A stretch of DNA of 64,000 nt from Alphaproteobacteria bacterium (GCA_964291675.2 OZ219866.1:1024001-1088000), one strand, 5' to 3'; counted from the first letter of the stretch, positions 37,512 through 46,194 are shown. Numbers and translations are program-made. Notes: a model not told the origin generated them from the letters alone.

Positions 37512-37934
37512 ATGGCGTTCAGCGCCTATCTGTTCTTCGACGGCGATTGCCGGGAAGCGTTCGAGCTCTACCGCTCGGTGTTCGGCGGCGAGTTCCAGGT
37601 GTTGCAGACCTTCGCCGACGGGCCGCCGGATCTCGGCGTGCCGGATTCGGAGAAGGACCGGATCATGCACGTCTCCCTCGCGGTCGGATCGGCCGTGCTG
37701 ATGGGCAGCGACCACTGCTCCGCCTTCGGCCCGCCGCCGGTCCGGGGCACCGACTTCGCGATCTCCATCGCCGGCGAGAGCAGGGAACAGTGCGACGAGA
37801 TGTTCGCCAGGCTGTCGCAGGGCGGCGAGGTCAGGATGCCGATGCAGGAGACCTTCTGGGGCGCCTATTTCGGCAACTGGACCGACCGCTACGGCGTCGG
37901 CTGGATGATCAGCTACGAGCTGCCGCGGGAGTAG
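37512..37934 (+). CDS. VOC family protein (PhnB/YjdN-like)
   Basis: YLFFDGDCREAFELYRSVFGG, IMHVSL, MQETFWGAYFG..TDRYGVGWMI. Confidence 0.9.
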   Translation: MAFSAYLFFDGDCREAFELYRSVFGGEFQVLQTFADGPPDLGVPDSEKDRIMHVSLAVGSAVLMGSDHCSAFGPPPVRGTDFAISIAGESREQCDEMFARLSQGGEVRMPMQETFWGAYFGNWTDRYGVGWMISYELPRE

Positions 37935-37939
37935 CCGGG

Positions 37940-38047
37940 CGTCCCTCGATACGCCCCCTTCGGAGGCTACTCGGGGTGAGGGGGTTTCTTCCGCCGCACC
38001 AACCCACCCTCATCCTGAGCAGCGGCGAAGCCGCGTATCGCAGGACG
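37940..38047. repeat. REP-like palindromic element, family A, copy 1
   Basis: cgtccctcgatacg...ctactcggggtgag / ctcatcctgagcag...cgtatcgcaggacg inverted arms; closely similar copy at 43030-43143. Confidence 0.85.
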
Positions 38048-38071
38048 GCCGCGTCTGCGGTTTCCCCAAGC

Positions 38072-38091
38072 CGTCATGCCCGGGCATGACG
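38072..38091. repeat. Perfect 20-bp palindrome, collapsed REP family B
   Basis: cgtcatgcccgggcatgacg; arms match the ends of 42123-42217. Confidence 0.7.
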
Positions 38092-38104
38092 CGGTGAGCG
38101 TGCC

Positions 38105-38437
38105 CTAGCCGAGTATGGCGGCGAGCCGGGCGAGCACGTCGTCGATGACGTGCTCCGGCACCGTGTCGACACGTCTCCCGTTCCTGGCGCCGAGGTCGAG
38201 GGCGCGAGGCTGGTCGCAGCGGATCACGCCCGTGGTGCGCGTGCCCGCGCCTTCCAGGGAAACCGCAAAACCTCGCCTGCGTGCGAAGTTCCCGCCGGTG
38301 GTGATGGGCACGACGACGGGCGTCCCGGTCAGCCGGTTGAACGCCTCGGGCGATACGATCAGTACCGGGCGGGTGCCCTGTTGTTCATGGCCGGCGGTGG
38401 GATCCAGGCTGACGAGCCAGATGTCTCCCCGCTTCAC
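38105..38437 (-). CDS. pemK: PemK/Kid (MazF family) endoribonuclease toxin
   Basis: KRGDIWLVSLDPTAGHEQQGTRPVLIV...GGNFAR..GFAVSL...TTGVIRCDQPR, close to plasmid PemK as recalled; GTG start overlaps the antitoxin stop. Confidence 0.93.
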   Translation of the reverse strand: MKRGDIWLVSLDPTAGHEQQGTRPVLIVSPEAFNRLTGTPVVVPITTGGNFARRRGFAVSLEGAGTRTTGVIRCDQPRALDLGARNGRRVDTVPEHVIDDVLARLAAILG

Positions 38438-38691
38438 TACAACAGCTCGTTGCCGACCGGTCTGGCATCCAGCCAGGCCCGGTCGTCGTCGGAAGGAGCG
38501 CCCTCTTCGCACTGCGCCAGAAGCTCGTCGAGCGTGTAGCTCGGACGCGTCCTGGGTTCGACGATCAGGCGACCGTTCTCCACCGCGATATTCACCCTGG
38601 CCCCCACCCCAAGCTCCAGCAGATCGAGCAGCGCCGGGGGCACCGCGAGCATGACGGAACCGCCGACCCTGCGCAGATTCGTCGTATGCAT
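38437..38691 (-). CDS. pemI: PemI/Kis (AbrB/MazE family) antitoxin
   Basis: MHTTNLRRVGGSVMLAVPPALL...NGRLIVEP..RPSYTLDELLAQC. Confidence 0.93.
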   Translation of the reverse strand: MHTTNLRRVGGSVMLAVPPALLDLLELGVGARVNIAVENGRLIVEPRTRPSYTLDELLAQCEEGAPSDDDRAWLDARPVGNELL

Positions 38692-38703
38692 GGGCGCCCC
38701 CTT

Positions 38704-38721
38704 GTTTTACAAAAATATAAC
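38704..38721 (-). promoter_or_regulatory. pemIK operator/promoter (imperfect 18-bp inverted repeat)
   Basis: Minus strand reads GTTATATTTTTGTAAAAC; AT-rich, resembles kis-kid operator half-site GTTATATTT. Confidence 0.65.
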
Positions 38722-38831
38722 CGTGTCCGTCCGGTAAGGCAAATTCCCCCGGGCCATTCCGGGGCGCGGTTCGCCTGGCGGGCGAAATGCGCTAGCTTGC
38801 CGGGCTTCCGATTTCGAGGGGGAAGACGGCG

Positions 38832-39692
38832 ATGGACTGGACGAGGCGGCGCGAGCGCTACCGTGGGGTGCTCGAAGGCGGGGAGTGCATCCACCCGGGC
38901 TCGGTGTACGATCCGATCTCGGCCCGCATCGCCGAGGATCTCGGCTTCGAGGTCGGCATGTTCGCCGGCTCCATCGCCTCGATGACGGTGCTCGGCGCGC
39001 CCGACCTGATCGTCATGACGCTGAGCGAGTTCGCCGGCCAGGCCTACCGCATCTGCCGCGCCGGCGACCTCGCGCTGATGTGCGACGCCGATCACGGCTA
39101 CGGCAACGCGCTCAGCGTGATGCGCACGGTCGAGGAGCTGGAGGCCGCCGGCGTCGCCGCGTTCACCATCGAGGATACCGAGCTCCCCGCGCCCTACGCG
39201 GCCGACGGGCCGCGGCTGCTCACCCTCGACGAGGGTGTGGGCAAGATGAAGGCCGCGCTCGCCGCCCGCAGCGACAAGCGCCTGGCGATCGCCGGGCGCA
39301 CCAGCGCCGCCACCATCGCCGGCATGGACGAGGCGCTCGGCCGCATCGCGGCCTACGAGGCGGCCGGGGTCGACGCGGTGTTTCTCACCGGCATCAGAAC
39401 GAAGGCCCAGGTCGAGGCCGTCGCCGCGACCGTGGACATCCCGGTGATCCTCGGCGCGGCGGGGCCGGAGATCCAGGACCTCGACTATCTGGCGGCCAAC
39501 GGCGTGCGCATCTGCCTGCAGGGGCACCAGCCCTTCATGGCCGCCGTCCGGGCGGTGCATGCGACGCTGAAGGCGCTGCGCGCCGGCACGCCGGCCGCCG
39601 AGCTCGAGGGGGTGGCCTCGCCCGAGCTGATGCGGACCGTCACCCGCGACGGCGACTACCGGCGCTGGATCGAGGACTATCTCGGCGGATGA
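38832..39692 (+). CDS. Isocitrate lyase/PEP mutase superfamily enzyme, oxaloacetate decarboxylase-like
   Basis: SVYDPISARIAEDLGFE, DADHGYGNALSVMRTV, IEDTELP; lacks the KKCGH/KxNS loops of ICL/PEP mutase. Confidence 0.85.
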   Translation: MDWTRRRERYRGVLEGGECIHPGSVYDPISARIAEDLGFEVGMFAGSIASMTVLGAPDLIVMTLSEFAGQAYRICRAGDLALMCDADHGYGNALSVMRTVEELEAAGVAAFTIEDTELPAPYAADGPRLLTLDEGVGKMKAALAARSDKRLAIAGRTSAATIAGMDEALGRIAAYEAAGVDAVFLTGIRTKAQVEAVAATVDIPVILGAAGPEIQDLDYLAANGVRICLQGHQPFMAAVRAVHATLKALRAGTPAAELEGVASPELMRTVTRDGDYRRWIEDYLGG

Positions 39693-40879
39693 CTTCGCGC
39701 CGCCATGCCGAGATCGCGGGCGCCGGATTCGCCGGGCTGGTCGCCGCCATCGCGCTCGCCGACCGCGGCTGGACCGTCCGGGTGCATGAGCGCGCCGATG
39801 CGCTTCGCGCCTTCGGCGCCGGCATCTTCATCTGGGAGAACGGGCTCCGGGTGCTGAAGGCGATCGGCGCCTATGACGATGTGCTTGCCGGCTCGCATGA
39901 CGGCGAGGTGTACGAGGTCCGCGACCGCGACCGGGTGGTCGTCGAGACCGCGTTCAACCGCGCCATGGGCAGCCGTATGCTGACCATGACCCGCCAGACG
40001 CTGTACGCCGCGATCCTCGGCCAGGCCGAGCGCCGCGGCATCGAGATCCTGACCCGCTCCGAGGTCGTCGGCGCCGAGCCCGCGGGCGTGCTGCTGACCG
40101 CCGGTGGCGGGCGTCACGCGGCCGATCTCGTCATCGGCGCCGACGGCGTGCACTCGCGGGTGCGGGACTCGCTGGGTTTGCAGAAGGAGCGCGACACCGG
40201 CACGCTCGGCCTGGTCCGCGTGCTCGCCCCGCGCTGCCTCGACGAGCTCGGCCCCGGGCGCTGGGACCGGGTGATCGATTTCTGGAACCTGCCGCAGCGC
40301 TCGCTCCGCATCCTCTACGTGCCCTGCAACGCCGACGACCTCTATCTCGCGATGATGGCGCCGGTCGAGGACGCAGAGGCGACCGCAATTCCGGTGCGCG
40401 CCGATATCTGGGTGCCGGCCTTTCCCCAGCTCGAGCCGGCGATCCGCCTTCTGTCGGCCGAGGGGCGCTACGACGCCTACGAGACCGGCAAGCTCACGCG
40501 CTGGTCGCAGGGAAGGGTGGCGATCGTGGGCGATTCCGCGCACGCCATGGTGCCCTCGCTGGGCCAGGGGGCGGGGCTCGCGATGGCCAACGCGCTCGGC
40601 CTCGCCGTCGCGCTCGACGAGGTTCCCGACATCGCCGATGCGCTCGCCCGCTGGGAGGCGCGGGAACGGCCGCGCACCGAGCGCACCCAGGACCTGTCCG
40701 CCAGGATCGCCCGCGACCGGCTGGAGACGGCCGGGCGGATCTGGTCGGACGAGACGACTCGAACCGCTTGCAGCGTGCCGACCGGCACCGAACACCTGCC
40801 GCACGGTGTCGACGGCTTGCCAGATGCCCCACAGTCGCGGCTTGATGGCCGGGACAGGGCGATGCGGACGGGAGGGTGA
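39689..40879 (+). CDS. FAD-dependent oxygenase, MHPCO (2-methyl-3-hydroxypyridine-5-carboxylate oxygenase)-like
   Basis: AEIAGAGFAGL, LRAFGAGIFIWENGLRVL, GADG, WDRVIDFWN...RILYVPCN, GDSAHAMVPSLGQGAG; ATGA-coupled to upstream gene. Confidence 0.85.
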   Translation: MTSRRHAEIAGAGFAGLVAAIALADRGWTVRVHERADALRAFGAGIFIWENGLRVLKAIGAYDDVLAGSHDGEVYEVRDRDRVVVETAFNRAMGSRMLTMTRQTLYAAILGQAERRGIEILTRSEVVGAEPAGVLLTAGGGRHAADLVIGADGVHSRVRDSLGLQKERDTGTLGLVRVLAPRCLDELGPGRWDRVIDFWNLPQRSLRILYVPCNADDLYLAMMAPVEDAEATAIPVRADIWVPAFPQLEPAIRLLSAEGRYDAYETGKLTRWSQGRVAIVGDSAHAMVPSLGQGAGLAMANALGLAVALDEVPDIADALARWEARERPRTERTQDLSARIARDRLETAGRIWSDETTRTACSVPTGTEHLPHGVDGLPDAPQSRLDGRDRAMRTGG

Positions 40880-40882
40880 ACC

Positions 40883-42049
40883 ATGCGCCGCTACGATGCG
40901 CTGGAGGCGATCGCGCCCAGGGTGGGCGACGCCCTGGTGGTGACCAACCTCGCCAACACGGCGACCGAGTGGCGCACGCTGCGCCCGCATGACGGCAATC
41001 TCTACTTCGTCGGCATGGGGATGGTGACGCCCTACGCGCTGGGGCTCGCGCTCGCCCTGCCGCATCGCCGCGTGCTCGCCTTCGACGGCGATGGCGGCAT
41101 CCTGTTCGAGATGAGCGTGCTGGGGACGCTCGCCCAGTCGGCGCCGAAGAATCTCTGCGTCGTGGTGCTCGACAACGAGGGCTACGTCTCGACCGGCAAG
41201 TGGCAGTCGGTCGCCTCGTTGTCGGCCGGGCCGGTCGACATCGCCGGCGTCGCGCGCGCCTCGGGGCTTGCCAATGTCTCCGAGGTGTCGACGGTCGAGG
41301 CGTTCGAGGCCGAGGTCGCTTCCGGGCTCGCGCGCGAGGACGGGCCGACCGTGATCGTCGCCAAGACCAGCGTCGAGCAGGCCTTCGTCGGCACCTCGCC
41401 CTCGGACGGCAAGGAGAACAAGTACAGCTTCGTCCGCCATGTCGAGGGGCTGGAGGGCAAGGCGATCCTCAAACCGTCGGCGCGCGAGCACGGCGAGCCG
41501 CCGAGGCCCGACCCCGAGTTCAGCCCGGTGGGGGACGACGATGCGTTCGGCGAGGTGCTGTTCGACGGGCTGCGCGAGAATCTCGTCGATTTCGTGATCG
41601 GCCTGCCGTGCAGCGGCTTCGCGCACACGCTGCAGCGCTGCATGGACGACCAGTCGATGCACTACGTCGCCGTCGCCAACGAGGGCACCGGGATCGGCAT
41701 CTGCGCCGGCGCCTGGCTCGGCGGCAAGACGCCGGCTGCGGTGATCGAGAATTTCGGCGTCTTCGCCGCGACCTACCAGCTGATGCGCGGGCACTACACC
41801 TTCGGCATCCCGACGCTGCTGATGACCGAGTACCGGGGCGACGGCGGCGAGACCGAGTTCTTTGGCGATTGCGGCGACATGACCGAGCCGCTGTTGCAGG
41901 CGACGCGGATCAACTACCGCGTGGTGCGCGACATCCACCAGCTCAAGCCGGCGATCCGCGACGGGCTGAGATGGATGAATTTCGGCCTCCGCCCCTACGC
42001 CGTGCTGCCGGGCTACGACCTGTCCCGGCCCCGGCCGCCGAAGGGCTAG
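40883..42049 (+). CDS. TPP-dependent decarboxylase (sulfopyruvate/phosphonopyruvate decarboxylase-like), beta and alpha subunits fused in reversed order
   Basis: N-half has DGDGG...LDNEGY TPP motif (ComE-like); C-half has GLPCS, ANEGTGIGICAGAWLGG, YRGDGGE (ComD-like). Confidence 0.82.
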   Translation: MRRYDALEAIAPRVGDALVVTNLANTATEWRTLRPHDGNLYFVGMGMVTPYALGLALALPHRRVLAFDGDGGILFEMSVLGTLAQSAPKNLCVVVLDNEGYVSTGKWQSVASLSAGPVDIAGVARASGLANVSEVSTVEAFEAEVASGLAREDGPTVIVAKTSVEQAFVGTSPSDGKENKYSFVRHVEGLEGKAILKPSAREHGEPPRPDPEFSPVGDDDAFGEVLFDGLRENLVDFVIGLPCSGFAHTLQRCMDDQSMHYVAVANEGTGIGICAGAWLGGKTPAAVIENFGVFAATYQLMRGHYTFGIPTLLMTEYRGDGGETEFFGDCGDMTEPLLQATRINYRVVRDIHQLKPAIRDGLRWMNFGLRPYAVLPGYDLSRPRPPKG

Positions 42050-42122
42050 GTGTGTTGCGCAAGCTCCTCCGCTCGAGGTCGGCCCAATACGCGATCTCTC
42101 TGGCCACGCCCTTGCCACAACT

Positions 42123-42217
42123 CGTCATGCCCGGACTTGTTCCGGGCATCTCTCTCCGCAAGGCGCGCCCGATGCGGGGCAAGCGCGTGGATGGCCGGAA
42201 CAAGTCCGGCCATGACG
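42123..42217. repeat. REP-like palindromic element, family B
   Basis: cgtcatgcccggacttgttccgggcatc ... gatggccggaacaagtccggccatgacg; each arm self-complementary and mutually inverted. Confidence 0.85.
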
Positions 42218-42278
42218 GGTCAGGGGTCCTCGACGTACGGATCGTGACTTCTCGAACAGGCCTCCAGGGAATGCCCCG

Positions 42279-43001
42279 ATGATCTTCGAATGCCGCCGCT
42301 ATACCCTCCAGCCCGGGCGGATGGGGGATTTCATCGCGCTCCAGCACCGGCGCGGCTTCGACGGGCCGAATGCCGGGTTCATCTCTCGGGTGATCGGCTA
42401 TTTCGAGACCGTCACCGGAACGCCCGAGCAGATCGTCCACCTCTACCGCTACGACAGCCACGCCGACTGGATCGAGAAGCTGCACGGGCTCTATGCCGTC
42501 CCCGAGCTCGCCTTCTACTTCACCGAGGCGCGGGCGATGGTGGACCGCCAGGAGACCAATTTCTTCCAGCCCGCCCCGCTCGCCGAGCTCTGCCCGCTGT
42601 GGCACGGCGAGACCGACTGGCTGCCCGGGCCGGGGCGGGAGCGCTGGGATCTCGGCGACATGCCCGACCTGGTGGTCGAGGAGACCCTGGAGGCGCTTAA
42701 GCCCGGCGGGCTCGTGGCCTACTGGCAGGCGATGGAGGCGTGCGGGCTGGAGGCCACGGCGCCGCTGCGGCGCGACACCTTGGCCACCTGGTGGTCGATG
42801 ACCGGGCGGCTCCACGTGGTCGCCTCGTATCGCCTGTTCGCGTCGCTCGCCGAGCGCGAGCGCTGCCGGCGCGAGGCCGCGGACGGCGCCGCGATGGCGG
42901 CGTTCGACGCGGCGCTGCGGCCGATCCTGCGCGAGCGGACGACCACCCTGCTCCGCCCCGTGCGCGTGCCCCAGATGAGCCCGATGTTCCGCCTCGGCTG
43001 A
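42279..43001 (+). CDS. NIPSNAP family protein (tandem domains)
   Basis: IFECRRYTLQPG, IVHLYRYDS; second degenerate domain with GRLHVVASYR..ASLAERERCR. Confidence 0.8.
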   Translation: MIFECRRYTLQPGRMGDFIALQHRRGFDGPNAGFISRVIGYFETVTGTPEQIVHLYRYDSHADWIEKLHGLYAVPELAFYFTEARAMVDRQETNFFQPAPLAELCPLWHGETDWLPGPGRERWDLGDMPDLVVEETLEALKPGGLVAYWQAMEACGLEATAPLRRDTLATWWSMTGRLHVVASYRLFASLAERERCRREAADGAAMAAFDAALRPILRERTTTLLRPVRVPQMSPMFRLG

Positions 43002-43029
43002 GGCGAATTTCCCGGCAGCGCAGCCGAGG

Positions 43030-43143
43030 GCGTCCTTCGATACGCCCCCTTCGGGGGCTACTCAGGATGAGGGAGGGCTATTGCGGCCGTCCGACACCTC
43101 ACCCTCATCCTGAGTAGCGGCGAAGCCGCGTATCGAAGGACGC
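43030..43143. repeat. REP-like palindromic element, family A, copy 2
   Basis: gcgtccttcgatacg...ctactcaggatgaggg / ccctcatcctgagtag...cgtatcgaaggacgc; abuts the dctM-like stop codon. Confidence 0.88.
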
Positions 43144-44502
43144 CTACCCCATCGTCCGCGGCAGCCAGAGCACGATGCCGGGGAAGGCGAGCAGCACGCC
43201 GACGGTGATCACGTCGGCGACGAAGAACGGGCCGATGCCGCGGAACACGTCCTGCAGCGGGATGGCGAGCGAGCGGCCCTCGGCGTCGCGCAGCTCGCGC
43301 GAGACCCCCGCGACGACGAAGCAGTTGAGGCCGATCGGCGGGGTGATCAGGCAGATCTCGGCCATCTTGACGACGATGATTCCGAACCAGATCGGGTCGT
43401 AGCCGAGCGCGACGACGGCCGGGAAGACCACCGGCAATGTGAGCACCAGCATGCCGATCGCATCCATGAACATGCCGAGCACGGCATAGGCCAGCAGGAT
43501 GCAGATCATGATCAGGATCGGCGGCATGTCGAGCGTGACCACCCAATCGGCGAAGGCGCTCGGCAGCCCGGCGAAGCCGAGGAAGCGGACGAACAGGAAG
43601 ACGCCCCAGATCAGGGTGAAGATCATCACCGTGAGCTTCGCCGTCTCCATCAGCGCCTCGTGCAGCCGGCCCCGCATCTCGCCCAGCGCGCGCTCGCGCC
43701 AGGCGCGGAGCGCGTAGAAGCAGAACACCACCATGGCGCCGAGCGCGCCCGCCTCGGTCGGGGTCGCGGCGCCGGTATAGAGCGCGCCGAAGATGACGCC
43801 GACGACGATGAAGATGGGGAGCGTCCCGGGCAGGCTCGCGAAGCGCTGCCGCCAGGTGAAGCCGGCGATCGGCCGGCCGAGCTCCGGGCGGAGCCTGCAC
43901 ATGCCGACGATCAGCGCCGCATAGATCAGCGCGGACACGATGCCCGGCAGGAAGCCGGCGAGCAGCAGCCGGCCCACCGATTCCTCGACGATGATGGCAT
44001 AGACGACGAGGATCGCGGACGGAGGGATCAGCGATGCCAGGGTCCCGCCGGCGGCGATCACGCCGGCGGTCAGCCGCCGGTCGTAGGCGTTGCGCAGCAT
44101 GTCCGGGATGGCGACGCGGGAGAACACCGCGGCCGTCGCCGTCGAGGCGCCGGACACCGCGGCGAAGCCGGCGGTGGCGAACACGGTCGCCACCGCGAGC
44201 CCGCCCGGCACCCAGCCGAACCAGCGCCGCGCCGCCTCGAACAGCCGCGAGGTGAGCCCGGCATAGAAAGCGAGGAAGCCGATCAGGATGAACAGCGGCA
44301 GCACCGAGAGCGGGTAGGTGACGGTCTTGGAATGCGGGATGGTGCCGGCGATGGCGCCCGCGATGTCCCAGTTCTTGAGCGCCAGCAGACCCAGGAAACC
44401 GGTCAGCGCGGCGGCGACGAAGACGCGGACCCCGATGACCACCATGACAATCAGCAGGCAGACGCCCAGAATGCCGATGGAGAAGTTGTCGAGGCCGAGC
44501 AT
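43144..44502 (-). CDS. TRAP transporter large permease (DctM family)
   Basis: PLFILIG, AVSGASTA, GGTLASLIPPS, TPTEAGALG, ITPPIGLN. Confidence 0.95.
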   Translation of the reverse strand: MLGLDNFSIGILGVCLLIVMVVIGVRVFVAAALTGFLGLLALKNWDIAGAIAGTIPHSKTVTYPLSVLPLFILIGFLAFYAGLTSRLFEAARRWFGWVPGGLAVATVFATAGFAAVSGASTATAAVFSRVAIPDMLRNAYDRRLTAGVIAAGGTLASLIPPSAILVVYAIIVEESVGRLLLAGFLPGIVSALIYAALIVGMCRLRPELGRPIAGFTWRQRFASLPGTLPIFIVVGVIFGALYTGAATPTEAGALGAMVVFCFYALRAWRERALGEMRGRLHEALMETAKLTVMIFTLIWGVFLFVRFLGFAGLPSAFADWVVTLDMPPILIMICILLAYAVLGMFMDAIGMLVLTLPVVFPAVVALGYDPIWFGIIVVKMAEICLITPPIGLNCFVVAGVSRELRDAEGRSLAIPLQDVFRGIGPFFVADVITVGVLLAFPGIVLWLPRTMG

Positions 44503-44504
44503 CG

Positions 44505-45104
44505 CTAGCGGCCCCCTTCGCGCGCCTGGCCGATCTCCTCGGCCGCCGCCTGCTCCACGTCCTTCAGCAGCGGCACCGCCACCGGCTCGCTACCGGGACG
44601 AGCTGCGAGCCGGAGATAGCCCGCCATCTGTACCGCGAGCCGGACCAGCAATACGGCAAGCGCGACCGGAACCACCAGCTTGGCCGGCCAGGTGACGATC
44701 TCGATGTCGATGGTGGAATCGCCGAAATCGAAGGCGCGTTCGAAATGGCGGTAAGAGTAGGGGATCAGCACCGCGACGATGAACATGGCGAGCGCCGTGC
44801 CCACCGCCTCGGCGATCCAGAGCGCGCGTCCCCGGAAGCGGGCGACGACGAGCTCCATGCGCACATGACCGCCGACCCGCTGGACGAAGGCGATGGCGAG
44901 CACGGCGAAACCCACCATCGACACCTCGACGATGTCGATATAGCCGAAGATCGGGCTGCGGAAGACGGTGCGCAGCACGATCTGCGCGACGCCGAGCAGC
45001 ATCAGCGCGAAGATCAGCAGCCCGGCCAGCAGGTTGAGCCGGTTCTCCACCCGGCCGAGCCACAGATCGGCCCGCGCGAGGGCGCGGCCAAGGGCATCGC
45101 TCAT
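44505..45104 (-). CDS. TRAP transporter small permease (DctQ family)
   Basis: Four TM segments, GGHVRMELV, position in operon. Confidence 0.92.
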   Translation of the reverse strand: MSDALGRALARADLWLGRVENRLNLLAGLLIFALMLLGVAQIVLRTVFRSPIFGYIDIVEVSMVGFAVLAIAFVQRVGGHVRMELVVARFRGRALWIAEAVGTALAMFIVAVLIPYSYRHFERAFDFGDSTIDIEIVTWPAKLVVPVALAVLLVRLAVQMAGYLRLAARPGSEPVAVPLLKDVEQAAAEEIGQAREGGR

Positions 45105-45114
45105 GACACGGATC

Positions 45115-45160
45115 CGCTCGGGGCCCCGGGCCCGGTGCCGGACCCGGGGTCTTCGCGAGC
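45115..45160 (-). terminator. Intercistronic GC-rich stem-loop between dctP and dctQ
   Basis: cgctcg-gggccccggg...cccggggtct-tcg-cgagcg imperfect inverted repeat. Confidence 0.45.
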
Positions 45161-45162
45161 GT

Positions 45163-46194
45163 CTAGTAGGTCTTGCCTACCGCCTTGAAGATGGTCTGGA
45201 TCACGCCCCGGGCGTCGAACTTGCCCTGGTTGTCCTCGATCCAGGCCTCGATCACCGGCTTGCCCCCGGCGGCGCGGAACCTGGCGAGCTGATCCTCGGA
45301 GTAGCGGACTTCCTTTAGCTTCTTCTTCAGCATCGGCAGGTTCTTCTTGTCCATCGTGACATAGGCCCGGATCTGGGTCTCGATCACGTCCTCCTTCGCG
45401 TCGTCCAGCAGCTTCCTGTACTGCGCGGGCAGCGCTTCATAGGCCTTGATCGAAAACGCCAGCGGGCAGTCCGACGTGCCGGGCGAGAGGTTGGCGGTGT
45501 ACCAGTCGGCCACCTCGTGGATCTTGTAGGCGACATGCGCGTAGGTGAAGGGAAAGGATGCGGCGTCCATCGTCCCCTGCTGCACGCCGGTATAGACCTC
45601 GGTGGCGGTCGAGGTCGTCGGCGTTGCGCCGAGCACCTTCATCGCGCGGGCGACGCCGCCGCCGGCGCGCACCGTCAGCCCCTTCCAGTCGGCGAGCGTC
45701 GCCGGCGGCTTGCCCTTGCCCAGGAACTCGTATTGCGGCAGGTAGGACGACACGTAGGTCATCGCGTTCCACCTGGCGAGCTCCTTCTTCACCGCCGGGT
45801 GGGCGTAGACCGCGTCGCGGATCTTGCGGTTGTTGCCCCAGTCGCCCATCGGCAGGAACGGCATGGTGAGCGACATCAGCGCCGGGTTCTTCTTCGGGTG
45901 GTAGAAGTTGCAGAACATCGCCGCCTGGAACGCATCCACCGAGAGCCCGTCGAGGTTCTCGCGCGATTTCGACAGCGCCCCGCCATAGTGCAGCTTGATG
46001 GTCCAGTTGCCGCCGGTCTTCTCGGCGACCAGCGCGGACAGCCGCTCGACGCCGGCCGTGAACGCGCGCTTCTTGCCCCAGAGCGAGACATCCCAGTTGA
46101 GCTTCGGCCCGTCCACCTCGGCCGCCTTGGCTCCGGCCGCGGCGAAGCCGATCGCGGCGAGCAAAGCGAGCCCCGTTGCACCGATTCTCCTCAT
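45163..46194 (-). CDS. TRAP transporter substrate-binding protein (DctP family)
   Basis: Signal peptide, ADWKGLTVRA, LGATP...EVYTGVQQGTMD. Confidence 0.92.
   Translation of the reverse strand: MRRIGATGLALLAAIGFAAAGAKAAEVDGPKLNWDVSLWGKKRAFTAGVERLSALVAEKTGGNWTIKLHYGGALSKSRENLDGLSVDAFQAAMFCNFYHPKKNPALMSLTMPFLPMGDWGNNRKIRDAVYAHPAVKKELARWNAMTYVSSYLPQYEFLGKGKPPATLADWKGLTVRAGGGVARAMKVLGATPTTSTATEVYTGVQQGTMDAASFPFTYAHVAYKIHEVADWYTANLSPGTSDCPLAFSIKAYEALPAQYRKLLDDAKEDVIETQIRAYVTMDKKNLPMLKKKLKEVRYSEDQLARFRAAGGKPVIEAWIEDNQGKFDARGVIQTIFKAVGKTY

Noticed and set aside
37940-38091. CRISPR array or tRNA
   Set aside because: Repeats are inverted rather than regularly spaced direct repeats; no cas genes and no cloverleaf signature
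38832-42049. Phosphonate biosynthesis (PEP mutase + phosphonopyruvate decarboxylase)
   Set aside because: The first enzyme lacks the PEP mutase EDKxxxxxNS motif (it has EDTELP) and resembles the oxaloacetate decarboxylase subfamily
42048-42265. MITE/IS with terminal inverted repeats around the family B REP
   Set aside because: Putative ends match at only about 10 of 16 positions, with no target duplication or transposase
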